Positions 50,771 to 63,896 of a stretch of DNA of 64,000 nt are shown here, in pieces; position 1 is the first letter of the stretch, and every line of letters starts with the position of its first letter. The notes beneath the pieces were generated by a model, which saw nothing but the letters and a program-made list of their open reading frames with translations, made no database searches and was not told where the DNA came from. This stretch comes from Octopus sinensis. Lineage: Eukaryota. A program made the translations under genes and the position numbers. The stretch covers positions 40,300,001 to 40,364,000 of the forward strand of contig NC_043014.1 in NCBI RefSeq assembly GCF_006345805.1, read 5' to 3'.

Positions 50771-51960
50771 GTATCATGACATTGCTTTTAGTATTCTCTT
50801 AAACTCTTCTGTATTTAATCTGGCCTAAATATTCTACAGGTTTTATCGTCAAACTGGTCAGATCTAGTCTCTCCCATCTACTCTACAATGTCATTCTAAA
50901 AATAAACAATCACATCACTAAAATCTTGAAGCTTCATGATAATGTCCCCATAACATGAGTTGTAAAGTGGTGGTGGTCACACACACACACTTATGATGGT
51001 TTTCTTTCATCATCCATCTACCAAATCCATTTACAAGGCTTTGGTCAGCCCTAAGTTACAGTAGGAGTGAACCCATAAGAATTACCTAGTACTATTGGTA
51101 GTATTATTATATACTACCAAGTTTAAATTTGGGCATTCGTCCTGAGTGAATATAAATATATATATATATATGCATGTATGTATGATTTGCTCATTTATTC
51201 ACATTGTTTTGAATTAAAATATATATACATATACATATTTTAATTCAAAACTAAGCATTTCACCCGGCATGCTATTGTGGAGGCGCAATGGCCCAATGGT
51301 TAGGGTAGCGGACTCGCGGTCGTAGGATCGTGGTTTCGATTCCCAGACCGGGCGTTGTGAGTGTTTATTGAGCGAAAACACCTAAAGCCCCACGAGGCTC
51401 CGGTAGGGGTGGTGGGGTGAACCCTGCTGTGCACTTTTGCTACAACTTTCTCTCACTCTTTCTTCTGTTGGCCTGCCCGCTTAGCCAGCGGGGTGGCGTC
51501 ATTTGAAGGCTAAAACAATGCGAAGTGCATTGTGACCAGCGATGTGTAGCAAAATCTGATAGCCTGGTCAGTCACAGTGATATATATATATATTATATAT
51601 ATATATATATAGAACTGCATGGCAAAAGTGGAGACACATAAGTCAACCAGTCGCCTTTGACAGCCCCCTACAGTGGCCTATACTGACTGCATCAAAACTC
51701 ACTTGTTTGTTTGTATAAAACTATATCTTCAGTTGTGTCTATTCATATTTTAAAGAATTATACTTCAAAAGCCCATTAATTTCAATTTTAATTCTATGTA
51801 AGTGGAATGTATTCTCTAAAACAAAATAAATATGAAGATTTGTTGCATTTTCTCATTCCAAGATATGATTCTTTAGAAATGTTTCTCTGTTGAATTTGTT
51901 CTACTGAATCTGTAAAATTTCTCATGTAACCATTCTCATTTTGGAAACTGTATTCTTTAG

Positions 51961-52114
51961 GTTCAATGCACCCTTCAAAAGAGAGATACAACAATGGGTT
52001 CAAAATCTGTCAAACTCGTCTGAAATAATTGATAACTGGTTGACTGTACAAAATCTTTGGGTCTACCTTGAAGCTGTCTTTGTTGGGGGAGATATTGCAA
52101 AACAACTTCCAAAG
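51961..52114 (+). CDS. DNAH5: Dynein heavy chain exon 14
   Basis: ctttag|G ... AAG|gtaaac; [13 protein letters not shown]...[23 protein letters not shown]. Confidence 0.95.
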
Positions 52115-52215
52115 GTAAACCTTTGTTTCTTGATATATTATATTTTTATCATATTGTTATCCTTTGTTTTTTATCTTTTATGCGTTTCACTCATTCAACT
52201 GTGGTTCAGCCACGA

Positions 52216-52347
52216 CCATGCCAGGGCCATACAAGGGCCATGCCAGAGCCATACCAGGGCCATACCAGGGCCATGCCAGGGCCATACCAGGGCCATTCCA
52301 GGGCCATACCAGGGCCATTCCAGGGCTATAACATGGCCATACCAGGG
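52216..52347. repeat. 11-bp minisatellite (CCATACCAGGG) x12
   Basis: Twelve consecutive units counted directly. Confidence 0.9.
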
Positions 52348-52801
52348 CCCTGCTTTGAAGAATTTTAGTTGATTGAGTCAAGTCCCTGTACATTATTACT
52401 TTTCTTACCTTTAAAGTCAGATACTTAGACTGTCAGGCTCTTTTGTTGAACCGTTAAGTTACAAGGATGTAGACACACCAACACCAGTTGTCAAATGCTG
52501 GTGAAGGACAAACACAAAGACACACATACACATGCAAACAAGCAAACAAACATATACATACATACATAATAAAATAAATGTGCCCTTTTAAAGCCTAGCC
52601 TAGGCTCATGGGCCCGGTTTCCCGGTTTCAATAGTGTATGTGTTCCCCAGCTGAGTGGACTGGAGCAATGTGAAATGAAGTGTTTTGCTCAAGAACACGT
52701 GTTGCCTGGTCCAGGAATCGAAACCACAATCTTATGATCATGATGCTGACACCTTAACCATAAGCCACACACCTCCACACATGCATACATACATACATAT
52801 A

Positions 52802-53038
52802 CAGTAATTCCTTGCCATATCACAATTCCCCTATCAAGGTTTACCTATTGTGATTTATTATTTAAGCTTATGTCAATTCCTCTGTGGTGTTGCTTTGCGT
52901 TTATAATAAAATAAATATATACAAATTATAAAAATAATTTCAAAAAATGTACAGTACAGTACTGTTCATACTTCATGGATTTTCACCTATTTCTGTGGGT
53001 TTTGGAATGTAACGCCTGCGATAGTTGAGGCATTACTG
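52802..53038. mobile_element. Tigger/pogo-like MITE
   Basis: TA|cagtaattcct ... aggcattactg|TA. Confidence 0.65.
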
Positions 53039-53259
53039 TATTCTCTTATACTCTTATACTTGTTTCAGTCATTTGACTGCGGCCATGCTGGAGCACCACC
53101 TTTAGTCGAGCAAATCAACCCCAGGACTTATTCTTTTGTAAGCCTAGTACTTATTCTATCGGTCTCTTTTTGCCGAACCGCTAAGTAACGGGGACATAAA
53201 CACACCACCATCGGTTGTCAAGCAATGTTGGGGGGACAAACACAGACACACAAACACGC

Positions 53260-53292
<33 letters not shown>

Positions 53293-54418
53293 TACGACGG
53301 GCTTCTTTCAGTTTCTGTCTACCAAATCCACTCACAAGGCTTTGGTCGGCCCGAGGCTATAGTAGAAGACACTTGCCCAAGGTGCCATGCAGTGGGACTG
53401 AACCTGGAACCATGTGGTTGGTAAACAAGCTACTTACCACACAGCCACTCCTGCACCTGTATATATAACTCCGAGTGAATTCGGCACTCAGACTGTTTGG
53501 ACTTAGCCCAAGTATAAATTTAGTAAATTGAACGTGTATTTGCAAGCTGATTTAATTTCTGCTTACACTGACTTTAACCCTTTCGTTACCAACCCAGCTG
53601 AAACCGGATACGGCTCTGAGTACAAATGTCTTGTTTTCATAAGTTTTGAATTAAAACCTTCCACCAAATCTTAGTCACAATTTATGTTCCTAACACTAAC
53701 TGAATGATAGCTAAGTTATTTTACTAAATTCTTTATAATATTTATAGTAATTGAAAGAAACACAGAGTATCTCAAAATGAATACAGTAATGAAAGGGTTA
53801 AGTATGTAATTTCAGCCAATCACTTGAGCTCCTTTTATTGAGCCTGGTCGCAGTTTGTTTATTTTTGTTCAGCATCTGATGGTCATCTTAGAGGTGCCCT
53901 GTGTCAAAAATTATCATTTGTAGTAGATGTTCAGACATCATTCACACACACTTGGGTCGGTCTCAGAAGTTACAGCCTGAGTTGTTAACTATAATCATAG
54001 AAATCAAAAGTTAATTCAAATTCAATGTTTTCTTGAAACATTAACTTTCTATAGAGATTAGGATTTAAATTCCAATCTATGAAAAGTTTCCGTTCTACAA
54101 TATTCTTAAAGGAACAAAAGATTATCCAAGAGCACAGGCGACAGTCAGATCGCTGATGTTTGTGGTGCACTCTGCTGTCATTATTTGATTGCTGTTATTC
54201 TGTGCCTCTGTGTGTAAATGTCAGTTGTGTTTTGCAGTGTTGCTTTATTTTAACCCTTAACTTAGAAATGGAGAAAGACATAGTGCCAGATATTAAAAAA
54301 ATAAGCCATTTGGGGCTAGAAATAAAGCAGAAAAACATGAAATTCTTCAAGATGGTATGTGTCTAATACAAAATCTGTGACGAGCCCGAGTGATGCTGAT
54401 GACCTGTAGTCACCTACG

Positions 54419-54494
<76 letters not shown>

Positions 54495-54498
54495 TATA

Positions 54499-55282
54499 TA
54501 TAATATGAGGGAATATTATTCCAAACTTACAGGGAAAAATTCAATTTAGAAATACTAAATCAAATTTCACACAATATAATATATATATATATATAGAAAA
54601 TTAGAAAAAAAACACCTTTTATCAATTCAAAATGAAGAATTAAATCACACCATCCAGAAAATTACATATATTAGAAATATTAAAATTAAAATAACAATAA
54701 AATTTCAATGATTAAGTAAATTGCAAAAAATTATAAAAACGTATATAATTGGTATGTTTTTATTATTTTTTTGCAATTTACTTAATCATTGAAATTTTAT
54801 TGTTATTTTAATTTTAATATTTCTGATATATGTAATTTTCTGATGATGATGATGATGATATATATATATATATATATAAATTAGAAAAAAAACCCACCTT
54901 TTATCAATTCAATAATGAAAAATTAAATTATGCTATTTAGAAAAATTACATCTTATAGAAAGATTAAATATAAGATAAAACATATAACAATGATTAAGTA
55001 ATGTGCAAAATAATAAATAAAATATATATACCAAATATATACATTTTATTTATTATTTTGCACATTACTTAATCATTGTCATATGTTTTATCTTATATTT
55101 AATCTTTCTATAATATGTAATTTTTCTAAATGATATAATTTAATTTTTCATTATTGAATTGATAAAAGGTGTTTTTTTTTCTAATTTATATATATATATA
55201 TTATATTTTGTGAAATTTGATTTAGTATTTCTAAATTGAATTTTTCCCTGTAAGTTGGAATAATATTCCCTCATATTATATA
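54499..55282. repeat. Nested inverted-repeat (branched foldback) AT-rich element
   Basis: Outer ~85-bp inverted ends enclose two hairpins (54655-54842 and ~54875-55190). The terminus resembles the family A foldback terminus. Confidence 0.8.
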
Positions 55283-55283
55283 C

Positions 55284-55320
<37 letters not shown>

Positions 55321-55429
55321 TATATATATATATATATATAAAGGGAAAGTTTACGAAAATAAACAAAAGACGAAGGCAGGTGGAGTACAAACAAATGTAT
55401 TAGTATAGTGCTCAGGAATAGAAAAAAGT

Positions 55430-55465
55430 CTTTTATGTTTCGAGCCTACGCTCTTCGACAGAAAG
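55430..55465 (-). ncRNA. Minimal hammerhead-like motif (family C), degenerate
   Basis: CUUU-CUGUCGA-A-GAGC(GUAG)GCUC-GAAACAU-A-AAAG; A6U core change and a stem III mismatch. Confidence 0.4.
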
Positions 55466-56075
55466 ATACACAGAAAAAAACAAGATGAGAAAAAAATGCG
55501 TGTAGGAGCTAACGATCTATCATATATATATATATATATATATACATATAACAAGCCTCTTTCGGTTTCTGTTTACCAAATCTACTAACAAGGCTTCGGT
55601 TGGCCCAAAACTATAAGTAGAAGACACTTGCCCAAGGTGCCATGCTGTAGGATTGAAACCAAAATCGTGGCTAATTTTACGGTCAGTGACATAATACTAT
55701 CTTGCAATCGAGGATTTTTCTTTCATCATTGTTTTACTTTCATTAATGTTTCTACTAAATATATTTCTGTCATTGTAATTACACATTGTATAGTAATTAA
55801 TGCACTGAAATAATTACTTGGATACTTAACATTCTGGAACAGTGATTATTTTATAATGTTTCATCAGCTCTTGTGTTGCAGCCCCCATTTCTGCTTCTAC
55901 TGTCCTAATGTCAGCACATCCACCGCCGCCACCACCGCCACCGTCACCACCACCACCACCACCACCACCACTGCACTACTGCTTTGGCTATCTCTTCTTT
56001 CTTTCTTTCTTTCTTTCCTTCCCTCTCTTATTCTTCCTCCACATTTATTTTGAACTGATTTTTTTTTTGTTCCAG

Positions 56076-56630
56076 TTCTCTTCCTTCTTCCTTCTTGTTT
56101 CTCTCCCTCTTCCTTTCTGTCTTTCTCTCTCCTACTCTCTCTCATGTTCACTCTCTCTCTCTCTCATGTTCACTCTCTCTCTCTCGTGTTCACTCTCTCT
56201 CTCTCTCTCGTGTTCACTCTCTCTCTCTCGTGTTCACTCTCTCTCCCCCGCTCTCTCTCTCGTGTTCACCCTCTCTCTCTCTCTCTCTCTCTCTCGTGTT
56301 CACTCTCTCTCTCTTGTGTGCACTCTCTCTCTCGCATGTTCACTCTCTCTCTCTCCCTCGTATTCACTCTCTCTCTCTCTCTTGTGTTCACTTCCTCTCT
56401 CTCTCTCTCGTGTTCACTCTCTCGTGTGCACTCTCTCTCTCTATACCCTACCTTTTGCTTTCGTTATATTTCATTTCTTCTCCTTCTCCTTCTTCTTCTT
56501 CTTCTTCTTCTTCTTCTTCTCCTCCTTCTTCTATTGCTGTTTCCCCGCTTTCAAACTATTTCCTTCTACCCACCCCTCCCTCCCTCCGTTTTTTAATTCC
56601 TGCTTTACCAATTTATCAAATTCATTATTT
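56076..56630. repeat. Compound (CT)n/CGTGTTCA and (TTC)n pyrimidine tract
   Basis: Directly visible; precedes the exon 15 acceptor. Confidence 0.9.
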
Positions 56631-56634
56631 CTAG

Positions 56635-56798
56635 GAAGCAAAGCGGTTTTCTAACATTGACAAATCCTGGGTCAAGATAATGAACCGAGCCCATGAAATT
56701 CCCAATGTCGTTCGTTGCTGTGTTGGTGATGACACTCTAATTCAGTTGCTGCCACATTTGTTGGAGCAACTTGAATTATGTCAGAAATCCTTGACTGG
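56635..56798 (+). CDS. DNAH5: Dynein heavy chain exon 15 (absent from the ORF track on this strand)
   Basis: tttctag|GAA ... GG|gtttgt; [21 protein letters not shown]...[18 protein letters not shown]. Confidence 0.95.
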
Positions 56799-56984
56799 GT
56801 TTGTATATCAATTAATTTCATTGTCAACTGTAATTGTGGGTGTAGATGAGTAATTAACTGTATGTGCATATCTGGTGAAAATTTGGTTTTTGTGTAGGCA
56901 TTAGTTTACTTACTTATATCAGTTTCATTATTTGATCCTGTTACGAAGGTGGTGAGCTGGCAGGGTCATTACTGTGTATGTACC

Positions 56985-57816
56985 ATCATCATGATCATCA
57001 TCGTCGTCACCATCATCATCATCATCACCATCATCATCACCACCACCAACACCACCATCATCATCATTATCATCATCACCATCATCGTCGTCGTCATCAT
57101 CATCATCACCACCACCACCACCACACCACCACCATCATCATCATCATCATTATCATCACCATCATCGTCGTCATCATCATCATCATCATCATCATCATTA
57201 TCATCATCATCATCATCATCATTATCATCACCATCATCGTCGTCATCATCATCATCATCATCATCATCATTATCATCATCACCATCATCATCATCATCAT
57301 CGCCATCATCGTAGTCATCATCATCATCATCATCAGCTCCACCACCACCACCACCACTACTACCACCACCACCACCACCACCACTATCATCATCATCATC
57401 ATTATCATATATATATGATGGACTTCTTTTAGTTTTTGTCTACCAAATCCACTCACAAGGCTTTTGTAGGGCCTGAGGCTATAGTAGAAGACATTTGCCC
57501 AAGGTACCATGCAGTGGGGCTGAACCTGGAACCATGTGGCTGGAAAGCAAGCTTCTTACTACACAGCCACACCTGGGCCTATATGTATACATATATATGC
57601 ATATATATATATATATATATATGATGGACTTCTTTTAGTTTTTGTCTACCAAATCCACTCACAAGGCTTTTTGTAGGGCCTGAGGCTATAGTAGAAGACA
57701 TTTGTACAAAGTGCCATGCAGTGGGACTGAACTCAGAACCATGTAGTTGAGAAGCAAGCTCCTTACCACCCAACCATTATATCATCATCATCACCATCAC
57801 CATCATCATCATCACC

Positions 57817-57848
<32 letters not shown>

Positions 57849-57862
57849 CATCATCATCATAA

Positions 57863-57895
<33 letters not shown>

Positions 57896-57985
57896 CCATC
57901 ATCATCGTCGTTGTCATCATCATAACCATCATCATCACCATCATCATCATCATCGTCGTCATCATCATCATCATCATCATCATTT
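56985..57985. repeat. Two (CAT)n/(CAC)n arrays flanking tandemly duplicated SINE heads
   Basis: Arrays at ~56985-57410 and ~57780-57985; SINE head copies at ~57420 and ~57625. Confidence 0.9.
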
Positions 57986-60222
57986 AACATCTCCTTTTCC
58001 ATACTTGCATGGTTTGGATGGAGTTTTCTGAGGTAGATGTTCTATAACCAGATGCCCTCCTCTAGTCTGTTTCCATATAAGGTAATATGACCAGTTGTGT
58101 TTCGTGTTTCCACAGAATATTGGAAAGGAATGACACTGATCGTATGACAATGATTCTCATTAGCAACTATCACATGAAGTCATGACAGAGAGACACACAG
58201 ACATACATGCACACATACACACACACACACATACACACATGTAGAAAACGTTTGAAGAATACTTCATATTTGAATTTTGGTTCTCAAGATTCTTAATGGG
58301 AATTTGCATGCTGAAACAAATTTTGTTGCGCCGGGAGTGTTTTCTTTTTGATGGTTTTAGGGCGTTAACTGGTTAACTGAAATGCACGATGTTCAGTAAC
58401 ATCGTGCATTTCAGGTTTTCCTGCTTCGTGTTCTGTGTTCCTAGATGCAACAAAATTCTGAAGAATATTTTAATAAACAGCAAGACTTTACTTATAAACA
58501 TGTCCAACCCATGCAAGATAGGAAAAGTGGATACTAAAACAATGAAAATTATGATAACAACAACAACGATCACACACACACACACATGTACTGATATACA
58601 CACACAGCGATGTATGCATACACATATATAAATGTGTGTGTGCACGTGTGTGTGTGTGTGTGGATGTGTGTGTGTCTGTATGAATGTTTACTTTGTGCAA
58701 TTTGCATGAAAAACAGTGGAATTAAAAACAGTAGGTGTAGGAGTGGCTGTGTGGTAAGTAGCTTGCTTACCAACCACATGGTTTCGGGTTCAGTCCCACT
58801 GCGTGGCACCTTGGGCAAGTGTCTTCTACTATAGCCTCGGGCCGACCAAAGCCTTGTCAGTGGGTTTAGTAGACGGAAACTGAAAGAAGCCAGTCGTATA
58901 TATGTATATATATATATCTATATATATATATATGTATGTGTGTATACGTTTGTGTGTCTGTGTTTGTCCCCTCAACATCGCTTGACAACTGATGCTGGTG
59001 TGTTACATCCCCGTAACTTGTGATGGAGAAGTTTTTTGATAAATTTTTATTGGTTAAATTTAGGGTTATGTTATTTTTCATGCATGTATAAAAATATACA
59101 ACAGGAGCATATATTTTTATACATGTGTTTATACATACTTTTTTTATAACGCCCCACTTTCGCGTAATAATATATTACAAAATATTCATGTCTGAACAAA
59201 ATTAAAGAAATATTTATCAACACACAGCCTCACAAACTCTGCTTCAATAAAACACGTTGATTAAGAGTTTTGGCGATCATTGACAGAGCGGCTAACCGGC
59301 TTCCGTGCCAGTGGTACATTAAAGAGCACCATTCAAGTGTGATTGTTACCAGCGTCGCTTTACTGGCACTTGTGCCCATGCTAATAAGGTGCCAAGAGCA
59401 CCATCCAAGTGTGATCATTACCAGAGCAGCCAACTGGCTTCCGTACCAGTGGAACGTAAAAGGGCACCATTCGAGCATGATTGTTACCAAAGTTGCCTTA
59501 CTGGCACCTGTGCTAGGAGCATGTGTAAAAGGATTCGAGCAAGGTCGTTGCCAGTACCACCTGACTGGCCCTTGTGCCGGTGGCATGTAAAAAGCACCCA
59601 CTACACTCTCGGAGTGGTCGGTGAAGGGCATCCAGCTATAGAAACTCTGCCAAATCAAGATTGGAGTACCACCTGACTGGCCCTTGTGCCAGTGGCACGT
59701 AAAAGCACCCACTACACTCTCGGAGTGGTTGGCGTTGGGAATGGCATCCAGCTGTAGAAACTCTGCCAGATCAGATTGGAGCCTGGTGCAGCCATCTGGT
59801 TCGCCAGCCCTCAGTCAAAATCGTCCGACCCATGCTAGCATGGAAAGCGGACGTTAAACGATGATGATGATGATGATGAAGACTGAGACCTTTACATCAA
59901 CCCACATCCTTGTGAACATCAAAGCACAAGGTAAAGAAATTTCTATATAAACAACAGCATGACATACCCCACCTTCCAAATACAAACAAAATATACCTTA
60001 ACTAGCAACAACAAATAAACAACTGACCCGCTAAAACATACCACGTATTTACCTTCTTTTGTGAACCCTTAAAAATTTCCATTACAAATCTGTTGACACA
60101 CCTAATTACTAAGTTTTTAAATACTGGACTAAACTTGGCCCCTTTGACATTTACATCGTCAGAGCAAAAAATTAAATCCAATAAACTAGAAAATAACTAG
60201 ATATATCATATATCTGGCATAT

Positions 60223-60322
60223 NNNNNNNNNNNNNNNNNNNNNNNNNNNNNNNNNNNNNNNNNNNNNNNNNNNNNNNNNNNNNNNNNNNNNNNNNNNNNN
60301 NNNNNNNNNNNNNNNNNNNNNN
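60223..60322. other. Assembly gap (100 N)
   Basis: Run of N; a round size suggests an unknown-length scaffold gap. Confidence 0.95.
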
Positions 60323-62647
60323 CAAGCTTTACCTGCTAGAAATAGCAACCCAAATACTTTTAAACCAGATCCCAATGTTGGATGTTCAATCACCAAATGA
60401 AGGGCAGATTTTCAATCCTGGGATCTTCCTGATTCCAAAAAGGTATAATATGTCTACATAGACTGAGATTCAGGGGTCCCAGACAGACAAAATTTCACAG
60501 GAGTGATGTGTGGTAAGTAGCTTGCTTACCAACCACATGGTTCCGGGTTCAGTCCCACTGTGTGGCACCATGGGCAAGTGTCTTTTACTATAGCCTCAGG
60601 CCGACCAAAGCCTTGTGAGTGGATTTGGTAGACAGAAACTGGAAGAAGCCCGTCATATATATGTATATATATGTATGTGTGTATACGTTTGTGTGTCTGT
60701 GTTTGTCCCCCCACCATTGCTTGACAACCAACGGTGGTGTGTTTACGTCCCCATAACTTAGCGGTTCAGCAAAAGAGACTGATAGAATAAGTACTAGGCT
60801 TACAAAGAATAAGTCCTGGCTGCAGTCAAATGACTGAAACAAGTAAAAGAGTAAAAGAGTATATTATTATAGATATTTTCTGTGGTAGCAAGCTGGCAGA
60901 ATTGTTAGCAGGACAAACAAAATTTGTAATAACATTTCGTCTGTCCTTGTGTTCTGAGTTCAAATTTGGCCAAGGTCAACTTTACCATTTATCCTTTCAG
61001 GGTTGATAAAATAAGTACCAGCTGATCATTGGGGGGTTGATGTAATTGTTTAGCCCTTCCCACCAAATTTTAGACCTTATCCTTATAGTAGAAAGGATTA
61101 TTAATATTCTGTTTAAGGTAAGGTGACAAACTAGCAGAATCATTAGAATGCCAGGCGAAATGCTTAGCAGTATTTCGTCTGTCTTTACGTTCTGAGTTCA
61201 AATTCTGCTGAGGTCGACTTTACCTTTAATCCTTTTGAGGGTGATAAATTAGGTACCAGTTGCATACTGGGGTCGATCTAATCAACTGGTCCCCTCCCCC
61301 AAAATCTCAGGCCTTGTGCCTAGAGTAGAAAAGAATATTCTGTTTAAGGTAAGGCGGTAAACTGGCAGAATCATTAGAATGCCAGGCAAAATGCTTAGCA
61401 GTATTTCGTCTGTCTTTACGTTCTGAGTTCAAATTCTGCTGAGGTCGACTTTACCTTTAATCCTTTCGGATGTAATAAATTAGGTACCAGTTGCATACTG
61501 GGTCGATCTAATCAACTGGTCCCCTCCCCCAAAATCTCAGGCCTTGTGCCTAGAGTAGAAAAGAATATTCTGTTTTAGGTGTTGACCTGGCAAATTCACT
61601 AGCATATCCAAACAAACTGTTTATTGGTATTTCTTTTGGGTCTTTACATTCTGAGTTCAAATTCTGTTGAGGTTACCTTTACCTTTTTTCCTTCCTGGCT
61701 TGATAAAATAAAATACCAATCAAGTACAGGTGTTGAAGCAATTTACTTTCACCTACCTTTCAAAATTTCTAGCTTTGTGCCAAAATTAGAAAGAATTATA
61801 AATTCTCTCAGTAAAATTCCATTACCTGCTTGTACATATGTTCTTTTTTGGGGGGTTTTTTTGCACCAACTTAGTGTAGACTATGAAGTTTAGTATCTTC
61901 CTGTTTACTTGTTGCTTGTCTGTCAGTTTGATTGGAGCAGGAACTGCCCTGTTTTGGCAGCTGTCTAGATACATTTTAATAGACAAAACTTTAATAATAT
62001 TTAAATGCACGATGTACTTTTAATGTGCATATTATGTATATATATACATTTTGATAGACAAAACTTTAATATTTAAATGTACCATGTACTTTTAATGTGC
62101 ATATTATATATATATATAAAAATAAATATAAGAGAATGGTCACTATGTGGCTATGTATATATATATATTTACATATGTATATATACATTTTAATAGACAA
62201 AACTTTAATATTTAAATGTACCATGTACTTTTAATGTGCAGGTTTATAATCTTCAGAATATTATTTCTCTTGTTTAATTTTCCCATGTAATTTGTGTCTG
62301 TGTTTGTCCCCCACCATCACTTGACAACTGGTGTTCGTGTGTTTACGTCCCCGTAACTTAGCAGTTCGGCAAAAAAGACCAATAGCCTAAGCACCAGGCT
62401 TTCTAAGAATAAGTCTTGGATGCAATTTGTTTAACTAAAACCCTTTAAAGTGGTGCTCCAGCATGGCCACAGTCAAATGACTGAAACATGTAAAAGAATA
62501 AAAGTAAAAGGGCAATGACCAGAATCTACATCAATTACTCCTGTCCATTCTTGTATAATGTGAGGCAACATGCAGTCCTCTGGTCCATCTGATCCTATGA
62601 GATCATCCAAGGACATGCAAGCATGGTAGACAGGCATTAAAAAATAA

Positions 62648-62945
62648 GATGATGATGATGATGATGATGATGATGATCATGATGATCATGATGATGATCA
62701 TGATGATGATGATGAGGATGATCATGATGATGATGATGACAACGACGACGACGATGATGATGATGATGATGATGATGACGTTGATGATGATGGTGATGAT
62801 GTTGATGATGATGATGTTGATGATGGTGATGGTGATGGTGATGATGACGATGACGACAATGATGGTGATGATGATGATGATGATGATAACGACGACGATG
62901 GTGATGATGATGATGGTGATGACGATGGTGATGATGATAATTATG

Positions 62946-62977
<32 letters not shown>
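62648..62977. repeat. (GAT)n array abutting the exon 16 acceptor
   Basis: Directly visible. Other large simple repeats: (TA)n ~25600-25860, ~26530-26760, ~44825-45190; (GGT)/(GAT)n ~26955-27430; (TTA)n ~3008-3131. Confidence 0.9.
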
Positions 62978-63000
62978 GTCTTTTTCTTTTCCAATTTCAG

Positions 63001-63208
63001 TTATTTAGAGAAGAAGAGGCTGCTTTTCCCTCGCTTTTTCTTTGTGTCTGATCCGGCCTTATTGGAAATTCTTGGTCAAGCCAGTGACTGCCACACCATC
63101 CAGGCTCACCTTCTCAGTGTCTTCGATAACATAAAGCTGGTGAAATTTCATGAAAAGCAATATGAAACAATACTATCTGTGGAATCAGGTGAAGGAGAAT
63201 GTATGGAA
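63001..63208 (+). CDS. DNAH5: Dynein heavy chain exon 16; gene continues beyond the window
   Basis: atttcag|T ... GAA|gtaagt; [29 protein letters not shown], the hallmark FPRFFFxS motif of the dynein linker region. Confidence 0.96.
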
Positions 63209-63475
63209 GTAAGTAAAGGCTATAATATTAATTCCTTTTTACCTCCGCCTAGGGAGGAGGTTATGTTTTCGTTTTCATCGGCGTTGGTTTGTCCGTCTGT
63301 CTGTCTGTGTGCAAAATAACTCAAAACGTTGTGAATGGTATTTGATGAAACTTGCAGGAAATGTTGGTAATGACACAAGGAACAGATCATGAAATTTTGG
63401 TAGTGATCTAAGAATTTTTATGAATTCCTGAAGGATTTTTCTTTTGTTATATTTACCTTACATGATACTCTAACC

Positions 63476-63659
63476 CAGTGCTTTTCAAACTTTTTGCTGG
63501 AGCGGAACCCCAAAGAAACATTCCACTGACTCGAGGAACCCCTGTGCAATAATTTAATAGTCTTATGCACACATATCTGCACAGGAGACTTCTTGTGGAA
63601 CCCCTGGACTGTACTGGCGGAACCCTAAGGTTCCGTGGAACCCTGGTTGAAAACCACTG
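63476..63659. mobile_element. hAT (Charlie-like) MITE
   Basis: TIRs cagtgcttttcaa / ttgaaaaccactg; imperfect 8-bp flanks ctctaacc / ctcttaac. Confidence 0.65.
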
Positions 63660-63847
63660 CTCTTAACACTGAACTGAATAAAGATTGCTTAAATTATAGG
63701 TTTTGTTTTACCTGCCCTGTCGCTGCGATTCATCATGTTTTAACATTTATTTGTCTTCTTAAAACAAAATATCTATAAAACTACTAAGAATATGTTATTG
63801 GTATATATTTTATTAATCTGAAATATGAATAACAAAATCAGTCCAGA

Positions 63848-63896
<49 letters not shown>

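Noticed and set aside
51277-51355. tRNA-like sequence with A/B boxes and a TCG anticodon
   Set aside because: It is the head of a multi-copy SINE running into a conserved body, without a complete acceptor stem.
54405-54420. CTGATGA core-like heptamer
   Set aside because: No downstream GAAA or stems.
59880-60222. A/C-skewed segment left of the gap as a possible retroelement coding remnant
   Set aside because: No convincing motif in any frame; left unassigned.
60223-60322. Possible missing dynein exon in the N gap
   Set aside because: Exon 15 (KSLTG, phase 2) joins exon 16 (YLEKK) in phase and without a gap in homology.
61970-62240. Three ~75-bp AT-rich direct repeats, and a ~140-bp direct repeat at 44117-44420
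   Set aside because: Ordinary local tandem duplications next to microsatellites or a retroelement, with no structural or coding signal seen.
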